Below, in pieces: positions 9,193 through 18,664 of a stretch of DNA of 35,276 nucleotides; the first letter of the stretch is position 1, and each line of letters opens with the position of its first letter. Both the position numbers and the translations under genes were made by a program. The notes under the pieces are model-generated. The model worked only from the letters and a program-made list of their open reading frames with translations, did not search any database and had not been told where the DNA came from. Origin of the DNA: an uncultured Actinomycetota bacterium (lineage in GTDB: Bacteria > Actinomycetota > Actinomycetes > JAFAQI01); assembly GCA_963770565.1 (NCBI GenBank), contig CAVYQE010000009.1, forward strand, positions 1 through 35,276, given 5' to 3'.

Positions 9193-9804
9193 ATGCCCCT
9201 CGATCTCGCCGAGCTGCTCGATCCGGCGCATACCGCGGTCGTGACGAGCGAGTGCCAGAACGGCGTCATCGGCTCGAAGTCGGTGCTGCCGGAGCTCGCC
9301 GAGGTGGCCGCCTTGACCGTCGTGCCGAACGGGGCGCAGCTGTGTGCGGTGGCACGCTCGGCCGGCGTACCGGTGGTGCACTGTGTGGCCGGCCGCCGGC
9401 CGGACGACCGCGGCTCGAACCACAACGCCCGGTTGTTCGGCGCGCTCTTGCGGTTGCCCCGGATGGATCTCGGCACCCACGCCACCGAGGTGATCGGTGA
9501 GTTCTCGGTCGCGCCCGAGGATCTCGTGCTGTCGCGGATGCATGGGCTCAACCCGATGGCAGGCACCGATCTGGACCCGGTGCTGCGCAACCTCGGGGTG
9601 ACGACGCTGGTCGTGGCCGGGGTGTCGGTCAACGTCGCGGTCACCAACCTGGTGATGGATGCGGTCAACCTCGGCTACCAGGTCGTGCTGGCCCGTGACG
9701 CGGTGGCCGGCATCCCGCCGTCGTACGCGGAGTCAGTGATCGACAACACGCTGGCACTGCTCGCGACCGTGCTCACGACCGCGGAGATTGTCGCGCACTG
9801 GTGA
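9193..9804 (+). CDS. Isochorismatase/cysteine hydrolase family protein
   Basis: TAVVTSECQNG, GVTTLVVAGVSVNVAV, DAVNLGY..V..DA. Confidence 0.85.
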   Translation: MPLDLAELLDPAHTAVVTSECQNGVIGSKSVLPELAEVAALTVVPNGAQLCAVARSAGVPVVHCVAGRRPDDRGSNHNARLFGALLRLPRMDLGTHATEVIGEFSVAPEDLVLSRMHGLNPMAGTDLDPVLRNLGVTTLVVAGVSVNVAVTNLVMDAVNLGYQVVLARDAVAGIPPSYAESVIDNTLALLATVLTTAEIVAHW

Positions 9805-9808
9805 CGGC

Positions 9809-10183
9809 TTATGAACCGCCCTTGAGGACGCCGATCGGCAACCCGTCCGGATCCCGGAACATCCCGATCTCGAGAGTGTCCATGACCTTTTCCGGACCCA
9901 TCAGGCGCTTGCCGCCGAGCTGCTCGGCCTGCGCGAGCGCGGCCTCGACATCTGGCACCTCGACGTAGAACGTCACGTAGCCGGGCATGCCGTCCGGGCT
10001 CTGGCCGATGCCGCCGCCGATCCCGATGCCGTCGGCGTTGCTGTTCGCGGTGCGGTCGACGATCCCGTAGTTCATCGGGTTGTCGCCGTTGATGTCCCAC
10101 CCGAACATCTGCGAGTAGAACGACCACTGTTTCGCCGGGTCGCCGCTGCCCATGATCTCGAAGTGAACGACTGCTCCACCCAT
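9809..10183 (-). CDS. VOC/glyoxalase family protein
   Basis: VVHFEI...FYSQMFGW, YVEVPDVE, FRDPDG; AAGGAG RBS upstream. Confidence 0.88.
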   Translation of the reverse strand: MGGAVVHFEIMGSGDPAKQWSFYSQMFGWDINGDNPMNYGIVDRTANSNADGIGIGGGIGQSPDGMPGYVTFYVEVPDVEAALAQAEQLGGKRLMGPEKVMDTLEIGMFRDPDGLPIGVLKGGS

Positions 10184-10226
10184 GTCCGTCTCCTTCCGCC
10201 TGTCACCGTATCCAGCGACCTGGCGG

Positions 10227-11066
10227 CTAGCCACCGATCCATTCGAGGATCATCGGGTTGACCACTTCGGGCCGCTCGAGGTGCAGGAAGTGGCCGGCGC
10301 CCTCGACCACCTCGACCCGGGATCCCGCGGCGAGATGGTCGAGGGTCCCTTCGACGCCGTCGACGCTGAAGGCACCATCGCTCGCGCCATGCAGATACAG
10401 CGTCGGCTGTGACGGGACGTCGCTCGGCGCGCCGGTCGTGAACATCGCACGGTAGTAGCCGATCGCCGCGGCCAGGTTGGCCGGGTCACGCAACGACTCC
10501 TTCATCTGCCGGATCTCGCCGGTCGCGTCGTACGTCGGCGACCAGTCCTGCCAGAGCCGCTCGAGGAAGCGGAGGTCGTCGGCGCCGGCGACCAGCTCGG
10601 CCAGCGGGGTCTGGAACAGCAGGACGTAGAAGCTGCGCTTGAGTTGCTCGTAGCGGAAGAACGCGTTTGCCGCGACCGCGGTGGGCGGCACTGCGAGGGT
10701 GACGATGCGGCGCCACCGGTCCGGCGCGGTCGCGCCGGCGAGGTACGCCGTCGCCGCGCCCCAGTCATGACCGATGAGAACGGCGTCGGAGTCGCCGCCG
10801 AGCGCGTCGTGGAGCTGATTGGCGTCCGCGCTCAGGGCGGCAATCGAGTAGTCGCCGTCGGCAGCGACCTCGGTCGGTGCGTAGCCGCGAGTCCAGGGTG
10901 CGACGGCCCGATAGCCGGCCGCCGCCAACTCGGGCAGGAGCCGGTCCCAAGTGTGGGCTGAGTCGGGAAAGCCGTGCAGACAGAGTGCGAGCGGGCCGTT
11001 GCTCCCACAGGTCTGCGCGGCGAAGCGCAGGCCGTTGGCGGTGAGAGTGGTCTGGCTGATCTCCAT
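10227..11066 (-). CDS. Alpha/beta hydrolase, epoxide-hydrolase-like
   Basis: HGFP, GHDWGA (Asp nucleophile), GHFLHLE. Confidence 0.88.
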   Translation of the reverse strand: MEISQTTLTANGLRFAAQTCGSNGPLALCLHGFPDSAHTWDRLLPELAAAGYRAVAPWTRGYAPTEVAADGDYSIAALSADANQLHDALGGDSDAVLIGHDWGAATAYLAGATAPDRWRRIVTLAVPPTAVAANAFFRYEQLKRSFYVLLFQTPLAELVAGADDLRFLERLWQDWSPTYDATGEIRQMKESLRDPANLAAAIGYYRAMFTTGAPSDVPSQPTLYLHGASDGAFSVDGVEGTLDHLAAGSRVEVVEGAGHFLHLERPEVVNPMILEWIGG

Positions 11067-11089
11067 GGCCGGCTCCCTCTGATGAGTCG

Positions 11090-11108
11090 TTCTGATGGGT
11101 CGTCATGT
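11090..11108. promoter_or_regulatory. Palindromic operator, copy 4 (degenerate; TTCTGATGGGTCGTCATGT)
   Basis: Two core mismatches; lies in the divergent intergenic region; a weaker overlapping copy starts at ~11077; -10 TACGGT at 11126-11131. Confidence 0.6.
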
Positions 11109-11137
11109 CACGCCCGCGTGCACAGTACGGTAGCCAC

Positions 11138-12298
11138 GTGGACCTGCGCTTCACGGCCGAGGACGAGGACTTCCGGGCCGAGGTGCAGAGGTGGTTCGCG
11201 ACGTACCTCACCGGCGAGTTCACCGCCATCGCCGATCTCGGCGGAGCGAGCCGCGAGCACGAAGGCTTCGAGGTGTGCCGCGCCTGGGAGCGGTTGCTCG
11301 GGGAGCACGACTGGATCGGGATCGGCTGGCCGGCGCCGCATGGCCGCGGGCTGTCGATGATGCAGCAGGTGATCTTCTACGAGGAGTACGCCCGGGCCGG
11401 CGGTGCGTATCGGATCAACCACCTTGGTGAGCAGTTGCTGGCGCCGACCCTGATTGCCTGCGGCACAGCCGCGCAGCGGGAGCGGTTCCTGCCGGCGATC
11501 CGGCACGGCGAGGAGTTGTGGTGCCAGGGCTACTCCGAGCCGAACGCGGGCTCGGACCTCGCCAATGTCGCAACCACCGCGGTCCGGGACGGCGACGAGT
11601 GGGTCATCACCGGGCAGAAGGTCTGGACCTCGTTCGCGCAGCACGCGGACTGGTGCTTCGCGGTCGTGCGCACCGATCCGGATGCGCCGCGGCACGCCGG
11701 CTTGTCCTACCTGCTCGTGCCGATGAAGCAGCCCGCAGTCGAGGTCCGGCCGATCGTCCAGATGTCCGGCACGTCGGAGTTCAACGAGGTCTTCTTCGAC
11801 GGTGCGCGCACCGCGGCCGACAACATCGTCGGGGCGCCCGGAGACGGGTGGCGGGTCGCGATGACGACGTTGGGCTTCGAGCGCGGCGTTGCCACCCTTG
11901 GCCGCCAGATCGGTTTCGCCGCGGAGCTGGATCGGGTGATCGGCGTGGCCCGTCGTACTGGCGCGCTCGACGACCCGATCCTTGCCGATCGGCTAACGAA
12001 GGCCTGGATCGAGCTGCAGGTCATGCGCCACACCGCGTTGCGGATGCTCGCCGTTGACCCGCCCGGCGCGGAGGCGTCGATCTCCAAGCTGCTCTGGGCG
12101 CCATGGCACCAACGGCTTGGCGAGCTCGCGGTTGCGGTGCAGGGAGTGGACGCGATCGATGTCGGATCGACCGCGACCCAGTACGACGAGTTGCAGCGGC
12201 TGTTCTTGTTCAGCCGGGCCGACACGATCTACGGCGGCTCGAACGAGATCCAGCGCGACATCCTCGCCCGCCGCATGCTCGGTCTGCCACGCGGCTGA
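11138..12298 (+). CDS. ipdE1: Acyl-CoA dehydrogenase IpdE1/FadE30-like
   Basis: LGGASREHEGFE, INHLGEQLLAPTL, WCQGYSEPNAGSD, GQKVWTS, ADTIYGGSNEIQR, as recalled for Rv3560c. Confidence 0.8.
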   Translation: MDLRFTAEDEDFRAEVQRWFATYLTGEFTAIADLGGASREHEGFEVCRAWERLLGEHDWIGIGWPAPHGRGLSMMQQVIFYEEYARAGGAYRINHLGEQLLAPTLIACGTAAQRERFLPAIRHGEELWCQGYSEPNAGSDLANVATTAVRDGDEWVITGQKVWTSFAQHADWCFAVVRTDPDAPRHAGLSYLLVPMKQPAVEVRPIVQMSGTSEFNEVFFDGARTAADNIVGAPGDGWRVAMTTLGFERGVATLGRQIGFAAELDRVIGVARRTGALDDPILADRLTKAWIELQVMRHTALRMLAVDPPGAEASISKLLWAPWHQRLGELAVAVQGVDAIDVGSTATQYDELQRLFLFSRADTIYGGSNEIQRDILARRMLGLPRG

Positions 12299-12322
12299 GC
12301 CTCGGCTCCTAGGCCTCAGCCG
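12292..12322 (+). terminator. Possible hairpin terminator after ipdE1
   Basis: CGGCTGAG(CCT)...(AGG)CCTCAGCCG inverted repeat over the stop codon; no U-tract. Confidence 0.4.
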
Positions 12323-12377
12323 GATCGTTCGCCATTATCCTCGCCCGCCCGTCGGGTTGATGCGGCATCGTGGGAGT

Positions 12378-13844
12378 GTGGATGCCCCGGATCAGGCAGT
12401 GGTGGCGGCGCTGATCCCGGTCCTTGCGGAGGCGTTGACGGCGCGAATGACTGAGGCCGGGTGGTCGATCGATCCGGCGCCACTCGTGCTGCCTGATGGT
12501 CTCGACCTGCCGACGTTCCGGCGCCGGGTCGATGACGAGTTCACGGCGCAGGTTGAGTTCGGTCGAGTAGGTAGACCCTGGGTCACTGGAGACCCGCCGG
12601 TGAAGGCCGCCGGGTGGGTCTTGGTCGGCTACGAGCCGGCATACCGGCTCGCGCCCGTCGTCCTCGGCAGAGAGTCCTGCGGCGAGTTCGCTATCGGCGC
12701 CGGAGAGCTTCTCGACCCGCCGCGTCAGTTGACTGTCACGATGTCGAAGGCGTCGGAGGCAAAGGCGGCAGCCGACGAGCTCGTCGCGCCGATCCTGAGC
12801 CATGCACTCGATTACGTCCGAGCCCACGCGAGTGTCGAGGGCCTGATCGAGTCGGCACGTTCGGATCCGGAGCTGATTCATCAGGAGGCCGAACAGGTGC
12901 CGCTGCTGCTGGCGGCGGCTGGTCGCCATGCGGAAGCCCGGGAGGCCCTGACCCGCTACCTGGCAATTCCGGACGGGCCGGCGACAGACCCCGACTACCG
13001 CCGCTTCGCCCGCCAGTTGAGGTTGTGGATGCATGCCGGCGGGATCCTTCCGGAGCCCCCGACTGGCCCGGTTCGTCCGAACCCGGACTGGTCGAGCCGG
13101 AAGCCTCAGTCCTGGCGTGCAATGCGGCAGCGGTCGCGCGCGCGGCGAGAGGCGTTCGACTCCGTGCGCCATCGCGGCGCCGGAAAGAGCCGCGACGAGT
13201 TACGGGCCATGCTCCGAGCGGAGTATGAGCGTCGTGGCGTCGGCTTCTCGCAGCTGTCGATCGAGGTCAGTGTTGAGGCGATCGAACGCCGTCGGACTCC
13301 ACTCGGAAGTGCCACCACATCGGTTCAAGGAGTCGCCGCCGCGGCGGTTCAGACCTGGTTGATGGTCGGGCGCATCGTCAGTGTGGTCAAGCTGATACGC
13401 GGCGAGGGCGTCCCCGATCTACAAGAGCCCGCGAGCTGGCTCGAGCCACCCGAGGAGGCCGCCTACCGAGTCGTGGCCGACCGCGAGGGCGACCGCTGGA
13501 TGACGGTCGAGCTGGACGACAGCGCAGCCGAGTTCCTTGAACGTGCCCATGCTGCTGCTCGCCCGGTGCTGGGCGGCCCCGAGATCCTGCGCCCGATCGA
13601 CACAGCTTTGCTCGATGCGTGGCTGGCGTGGGATACGACGCCGCCCAGCGCCAACTCGCGACTGGTCGTCCATATCGGGGATCAAGCCGTCGGAGTCCTC
13701 GCGCCCCGCGACGCGGAGCGCTACACCGACGTGATGACCGCGGCCGCGCGACGGCATGAGTTCCCCAGGATGAGCGCCACCCTCACCACGTTCGACCGGG
13801 AACCCCACCAACTGCTCGAGATCCGGGCGCCACGCGAGCGCTGA
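12378..13844 (+). CDS. Hypothetical protein, possible C-terminal HIRAN-like domain
   Basis: Long ORF with protein-like composition; RLVVHIGDQAVGVLAPRDAERY resembles the HIRAN VxxxxxxVGyLpxxdA pattern; start uncertain. Confidence 0.6.
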   Translation: MDAPDQAVVAALIPVLAEALTARMTEAGWSIDPAPLVLPDGLDLPTFRRRVDDEFTAQVEFGRVGRPWVTGDPPVKAAGWVLVGYEPAYRLAPVVLGRESCGEFAIGAGELLDPPRQLTVTMSKASEAKAAADELVAPILSHALDYVRAHASVEGLIESARSDPELIHQEAEQVPLLLAAAGRHAEAREALTRYLAIPDGPATDPDYRRFARQLRLWMHAGGILPEPPTGPVRPNPDWSSRKPQSWRAMRQRSRARREAFDSVRHRGAGKSRDELRAMLRAEYERRGVGFSQLSIEVSVEAIERRRTPLGSATTSVQGVAAAAVQTWLMVGRIVSVVKLIRGEGVPDLQEPASWLEPPEEAAYRVVADREGDRWMTVELDDSAAEFLERAHAAARPVLGGPEILRPIDTALLDAWLAWDTTPPSANSRLVVHIGDQAVGVLAPRDAERYTDVMTAAARRHEFPRMSATLTTFDREPHQLLEIRAPRER

Positions 13845-13913
13845 CCCGCCCCCTTTCGACGCTCACCCCGTGCGTCGGCCGAACCGTTGCGCCGGCGCTC
13901 GCGTCAAAGCACC

Positions 13914-14273
13914 ATGACCCTCGTGGCGGCAAGGATCCGGGTTCCGCCGAGGGCGTCGGCTCGATCTGGCTTGCCGCTGCTGATGGTGGCGCTCGCAGCG
14001 TGCGCTCACTCGACGGCTGCGACGACCGGTGTGGTGCGCGGCGAGTACGGCGGTCCTTGCGGTCCCGAGATACCAGGCGAGGCCATGAGCGGAACCGCAC
14101 GGATAACCCAGCAAGGCCGTCTCGTCCAAGCTTTCGAGGTCAGTGCAGGCAAGTCATTCCACGCCACCCTTGCGCCGGGCACGTACAAGATCACGTTGCC
14201 TGGTGCCGGCTACTACGTCGCGACCGTCAAGGCAGCGAAGACCACCACTCTGCCCGTCAGAGCCTGCACCTAG
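13914..14273 (+). CDS. Putative small lipoprotein (beta-sandwich, carboxypeptidase-regulatory-like)
   Basis: LLMVALAAC lipobox; FHATLAPGTYKIT. Confidence 0.55.
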   Translation: MTLVAARIRVPPRASARSGLPLLMVALAACAHSTAATTGVVRGEYGGPCGPEIPGEAMSGTARITQQGRLVQAFEVSAGKSFHATLAPGTYKITLPGAGYYVATVKAAKTTTLPVRACT

Positions 14274-14379
14274 CCCGAGCTGCACTGCAACTGCCTGATG
14301 GTGGCGCACATCCCAATCTCCGCACTGCCCGTGCCCCGATCCGACTGCGCGCCGGCTGGTGACGTGTTATCAAGGCACA

Positions 14380-14901
14380 ATGCGTCGAGGACTAGCAGTT
14401 TCTGTCATGGTGGTCGGGCTGCTGGTCGGGCCCACGGTGACGACCGCCGGTGCGGCCGGGAGCGGCGCGGTTGCCGCCGCATCGAAGTGCCGCTCGCAGA
14501 CCTATACCTACGTCAAAGGCCGTAAGCCGCTGCTCACCTCGAAACGCGGGCCGTCTGTGCGGACCTCCTCGGCCGGGACGGTCACGCTCAGCGACAACCA
14601 GGTCCTCGCTGAATACCAGCCGGTCAACAACGGCGTACCGGCCAAGTTCATCAACATCACGACGTTGAACCCCTCGAACAGTCGGCTGGAGTCCGTGACC
14701 GTGTATCCGGTCAAGGGCAAGCACAAGACGTTCAAGATCGTGGCGAACTCCAACAAGGACTTCGTCTACAAGTACGACCTGCTCAAGGACTACGGGCAGG
14801 TGCAGCTACCCGTCAGCGGGAACGACGGCAACGGACGCGCCACTCCGAAGCTCAAGAAGGTCGTCGTAACGGCCCGAGAAAGCTGCTTCACGTCGCAGTA
14901 G
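14380..14901 (+). CDS. Putative secreted basic protein
   Basis: MRR plus hydrophobic signal ending AGA; Lys-rich; one Cys near each end of the mature chain; high GC3. Confidence 0.7.
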   Translation: MRRGLAVSVMVVGLLVGPTVTTAGAAGSGAVAAASKCRSQTYTYVKGRKPLLTSKRGPSVRTSSAGTVTLSDNQVLAEYQPVNNGVPAKFINITTLNPSNSRLESVTVYPVKGKHKTFKIVANSNKDFVYKYDLLKDYGQVQLPVSGNDGNGRATPKLKKVVVTARESCFTSQ

Positions 14902-14946
14902 GCAGCCCGGTGGCCGGCTGTGGACGAGGATGTCAACAGGTCGGCC

Positions 14947-14955
14947 TGTGGATAA
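14947..14955 (-). promoter_or_regulatory. Perfect DnaA box TTATCCACA (second, imperfect box at 14919-14927)
   Basis: TGTGGATAA on +; TGTGGACGA upstream in the same orientation. Confidence 0.55.
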
Positions 14956-14992
14956 GTTTGTCTTTGTTTTCAACGGTTTTCAGGGCAAAAAC

Positions 14993-15014
14993 TGTCGGAC
15001 CCCTTGTCTATCGT
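14993..15014 (+). promoter_or_regulatory. RecA-NDp / PafBC-type DNA-damage promoter
   Basis: TGTCGG-N10-TATCGT, with ATG 7 nt downstream. Confidence 0.75.
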
Positions 15015-15021
15015 GACTGGT

Positions 15022-16194
15022 ATGACGGATCCGGTCGAGCTGATTGCGGAGGGCGTGCGCGGGCTGATCGCGCAGGACCCGCACTCGCTCCCGGACACCG
15101 CGCTGCTGATGTCGACCGAGTCGATCGTCCGGATCATGAACCAGCTCAGCGGAGTGATGGCCGCTCGGCTGCAAGTGATCGACGTCCGCGACGCGACCGT
15201 TGCGGAGTATGGCCGGCAGACCCGCAGCTGGTTGGTCGAGGACCTCCACCTCGGGCAGGAGGACGCCTCCCGCCATATGACCGTCGCAAAGGCGCTTCCG
15301 GCCTGCCCGGCGATCGGTGCGGCGCTCGAGGCAGGCGACATCACGATCGATCACGCCCGGATCATCGCGATCGGCGTCCGCAAGGTCTCGCCCGAGATCC
15401 GTGACGTCTTCGAGAAGGAGATGGTCAAGGCCGCAGAGTTCTGCGACCCGACGGAGCTGGCGCGGTTCTCCCGTGAGCTTCGGTCGCGGCTCGGTGCCGA
15501 GGAGAGCGCTGAGGCCGCCGAGCAGCGCAAGTACGACGCCCGGTGGATGCGGATCACGCCGACCTTCGAGGGGATGCACGCTATCGACGGCATGCTCGAC
15601 CCGGCGAGCGCCGCAACCCTCAACGCCGCACTCGCGCCGCTGCTGGGTCGGACCGGTGCGGACGACCAGCGCACCGCCGGTCAGCGCTGCGCGGACGGCC
15701 TGACCTCGATCGCTGAGCTCGCAATGCGCGCCGGCGAGCTTCCTGAGCACGGTGGCGAGAAGCCGCAGGTCATCGTCACCATCGCGTACGACGCGTTGAA
15801 GGCGGATCTCGAGGCCGCTCAGATCGGGTCAGCCACCATGAACGGTCTGGAGATCAGCCCTACCACCGCGCGGATGATCGCCTGCGACGCCGGGATCATC
15901 CCCGCGGTGCTCGGCGGTGCCAGCGAGGTGCTCGACCTCGGCCGCAAGACCCCGATCTGGAGCCTCGCCCAACGACGCGCGCTACGGCTGGAGGACGGCG
16001 GCTGCCGCTGGCCGGGCTGCAAAGCCAGCCTCGACCGGTGCCGGATCCACCACGACGACCACTGGGCGCACGGCGGCCACACGAAGACCAAGAACGGCAT
16101 CCACCTTTGCTTGTTCCACCACTGGCTGGTCCACCACACCAACTGGCGAATCCACAAGGACCACCGAGGACGAATCCGAATCTGGCGCACATAG
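15022..16194 (+). CDS. DUF222 (13E12-repeat family) protein with C-terminal HNH endonuclease domain
   Basis: RTAGQRCADGL, ARMIACDA, LDLGR, DGGCRWPGC...HHDDHWAHGG.T...N...LCLFHH..VH. Confidence 0.9.
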   Translation: MTDPVELIAEGVRGLIAQDPHSLPDTALLMSTESIVRIMNQLSGVMAARLQVIDVRDATVAEYGRQTRSWLVEDLHLGQEDASRHMTVAKALPACPAIGAALEAGDITIDHARIIAIGVRKVSPEIRDVFEKEMVKAAEFCDPTELARFSRELRSRLGAEESAEAAEQRKYDARWMRITPTFEGMHAIDGMLDPASAATLNAALAPLLGRTGADDQRTAGQRCADGLTSIAELAMRAGELPEHGGEKPQVIVTIAYDALKADLEAAQIGSATMNGLEISPTTARMIACDAGIIPAVLGGASEVLDLGRKTPIWSLAQRRALRLEDGGCRWPGCKASLDRCRIHHDDHWAHGGHTKTKNGIHLCLFHHWLVHHTNWRIHKDHRGRIRIWRT

Positions 16195-16226
16195 TCCGCC
16201 ACCGCCCGCTCCTCCTACCCGCAAGA

Positions 16227-16280
16227 TGATCATGGCGAAATGCGCGAAAATCGGGCTTCAGATCGCGCCAAACGCCATGA

Positions 16281-16283
<3 letters not shown>
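16227..16283. repeat. GATCATG-type REP-like inverted repeat
   Basis: TGATCATGGCG ... CGCCATGATCA (11-bp arms) with inner GCGCGA/TCGCGC; lies between convergent genes and overlaps the fadA6 stop. Confidence 0.65.
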
Positions 16284-17450
<1,167 letters not shown>

Positions 17451-17468
17451 GCGACCAAGCCTAACCCG

Positions 17469-17487
17469 TTCTGACGACCCGTCAGAT
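17469..17487. promoter_or_regulatory. Palindromic operator, copy 5 (TTCTGACGACCCGTCAGAT), divergent fadA6/fadE31 promoter
   Basis: -10 TAAGGT at 17487-17492 (+, ATG 17501) and TAGGCT at 17463-17458 (-, GTG 17450). Confidence 0.85.
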
Positions 17488-17500
17488 AAGGTCCGAACCG

Positions 17501-18658
17501 ATGGACCTGACCGAGCCGGCGGAGCTGGCGGAGTTCCGCGCGGAGGTCCGCGACTGGCTGGCCACGAACGCCCCGGCCGAGCCGTTGCCGTCGCTGGACA
17601 CCCAGGCGGGCTTCGCGGCGCACCGCGACTGGGAACGCCGGATGTGCGACGCGCGGCTGTCGGTCGTCACCTGGCCCGAGCAGTACGGCGGGCGCGGCGC
17701 GAGCCTGCTCGAGTGGCTCGCGTTCGAGGAGGAGTATTGGGCGGCCGGCGCGCCGGTGCGGGTGAGCCAGAACGGCATCTTCCTGCTGGCACCGGCCCTG
17801 TTCGACGTGGGTACGCCGGACCAGCTCGACCGTTTCATGGGTCCAATGGCGGACGCGACCGAGGTGTGGGCACAGGGCTGGTCGGAGCCCGGCGCAGGCA
17901 GCGACCTCGCCGCGCTGAGGTCGAGAGCCGACCGCGTCGACGGCGGCTGGCGGCTTAGCGGCCAGAAGACCTGGTCGACCCGGGCGGCGTTTGCGGACTG
18001 GATGTTCGGGCTGTTCCGCTCGGAGCCCGGCTCGTCGCGACATCACGGCCTGACCTACTTCCTGGTGCCGCTGTCCGCCGCGGGTGTGACCGTGCGGCCG
18101 GTCCGGCAGCTCGACGGCGAGCCCGGCTTCGCCGAGGTCTTCTTTGACGAGGTGTTCGTGCCTGACGACCAGGTGCTCGGCGCGGTCGGTCAGGGATGGC
18201 GGATCGCGATGTCGACGACGACGTCCGAGCGCGGCCTCACCCTGCGTTCGCCCGGACGCTTCTGCGCGACCGCGCAGCGGCTGGTCGAGCTGTATCGCGT
18301 GGTCGCCAGTGACCGACCGGCGGCCGCCGCGGCGGCGCGGGACGGCGTCGTCGACGGGTGGATGGGGGCCGAGGCGTACCGGTTGTACGTGCTCGACGCC
18401 GCGGTGCGGGCGATGTCGGGCTACCCGGTCGGGGTGGAGTCAAGCGCCAACAAGCTGTTCTGGTCGGCGCTCGACATCGACCTGCATCGGACCGCGCTTG
18501 CCTTACTGGGCGAGCGGGCGACTCTCCTTAGCGACGCGGACTCGGCGCGCTGGCTGGACGGCTATCAGTTCGCGCTCGCCGGGCCGATTTACGCCGGAAC
18601 CAACGAGATCCAGCGCAACCTCGTCGCCGAGCGTGTCCTCGGCCTGCCGAGGAGCTGA
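17501..18658 (+). CDS. fadE31: Acyl-CoA dehydrogenase alpha subunit, FadE31-like
   Basis: GFAAHRDWER, FEEEYWAAGAP, WAQGWSEPGAGSD, FALAGPIYAGTNEIQR. Confidence 0.78.
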   Translation: MDLTEPAELAEFRAEVRDWLATNAPAEPLPSLDTQAGFAAHRDWERRMCDARLSVVTWPEQYGGRGASLLEWLAFEEEYWAAGAPVRVSQNGIFLLAPALFDVGTPDQLDRFMGPMADATEVWAQGWSEPGAGSDLAALRSRADRVDGGWRLSGQKTWSTRAAFADWMFGLFRSEPGSSRHHGLTYFLVPLSAAGVTVRPVRQLDGEPGFAEVFFDEVFVPDDQVLGAVGQGWRIAMSTTTSERGLTLRSPGRFCATAQRLVELYRVVASDRPAAAAAARDGVVDGWMGAEAYRLYVLDAAVRAMSGYPVGVESSANKLFWSALDIDLHRTALALLGERATLLSDADSARWLDGYQFALAGPIYAGTNEIQRNLVAERVLGLPRS

Positions 18659-18664
18659 GTCGCG

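Noticed and set aside
14902-15000. Possible oriC
   Set aside because: Only two DnaA boxes and no dnaA/dnaN context
17454-17467. ACCAAG, a possible KstR2 half site upstream of fadA6
   Set aside because: No CTTGnT second half; explained by the minus-strand -10 region
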